This document shows, in pieces, positions 63,795 to 64,000 of a DNA stretch of 64,000 nt (positions are counted from its first letter, which is position 1; every line of letters starts with the position of its first letter). The position numbers and the translations under genes were made by a program. Below the pieces are notes generated by a model, which saw nothing but the letters and a program-made list of their open reading frames with translations, did no database searches and was not told the DNA's origin. Source of the stretch: Octopus bimaculoides (Eukaryota); NCBI RefSeq assembly GCF_001194135.2, contig NC_068990.1, positions 3,682,509 to 3,746,508 on the forward strand. The letters run 5' to 3'.

Positions 63795-64000
63795 CTAAGC
63801 CTCGGGCAGACCAAAGCCTTCTGAGTGGATTTAGTAAACGGAAACTGAAAGAAACCCGTCGGATATGTGTGTGTGCGTGTGTATCTGCGTGTATGTGTGT
63901 GTGTGTGTGCGTGTATTTATGTGTGTATTTTGTATCTGTGCTTGTCCCCCCACCACCATCGCTTAACGACCACTGTTGGTGTGTTTAATACCCTGTAACC
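63795..64000 (+). mobile_element. 5'-truncated SINE family B running off the window end
   Basis: GCCTCGGGCAGACCAAAGCCTT..GGAAACTGAAAGAAACCCGTC, a (TG)n tract, and the start of the 3' extension. Confidence 0.8.

Overview
This is AT-rich, microsatellite-dense eukaryotic non-coding DNA with 13 assembly gaps. The repeat families (three tRNA-derived SINE groups, RLE-type LINEs, Penelope-like elements, mariners) are ones I recall from octopus (coleoid cephalopod) genomes, so the organism is an inference. I found no intact protein-coding gene and no recognisable host exon; it reads as a large intron or intergenic region. All recognisable coding remnants are decayed transposons: two D,D34D mariners, a maT/rosa-like Tc1 fragment, R4/Dong-like LINEs and two different Penelope-like elements, one with a C-terminal GIY-YIG endonuclease. 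About 20 SINE-A, 9 SINE-B and 4 SINE-C copies are present (working names), along with several MITE-like inverted repeats. The most notable observations are: a nearly intact type I hammerhead-ribozyme fold at 41569-41664; an unclassified TA-flanked 313-bp repeat that splits a SINE; several retroelement families each sitting in its own microsatellite motif; and long inverted repeats that could form dsRNA. Boundaries of degenerate repeats are approximate, to within tens of bp.
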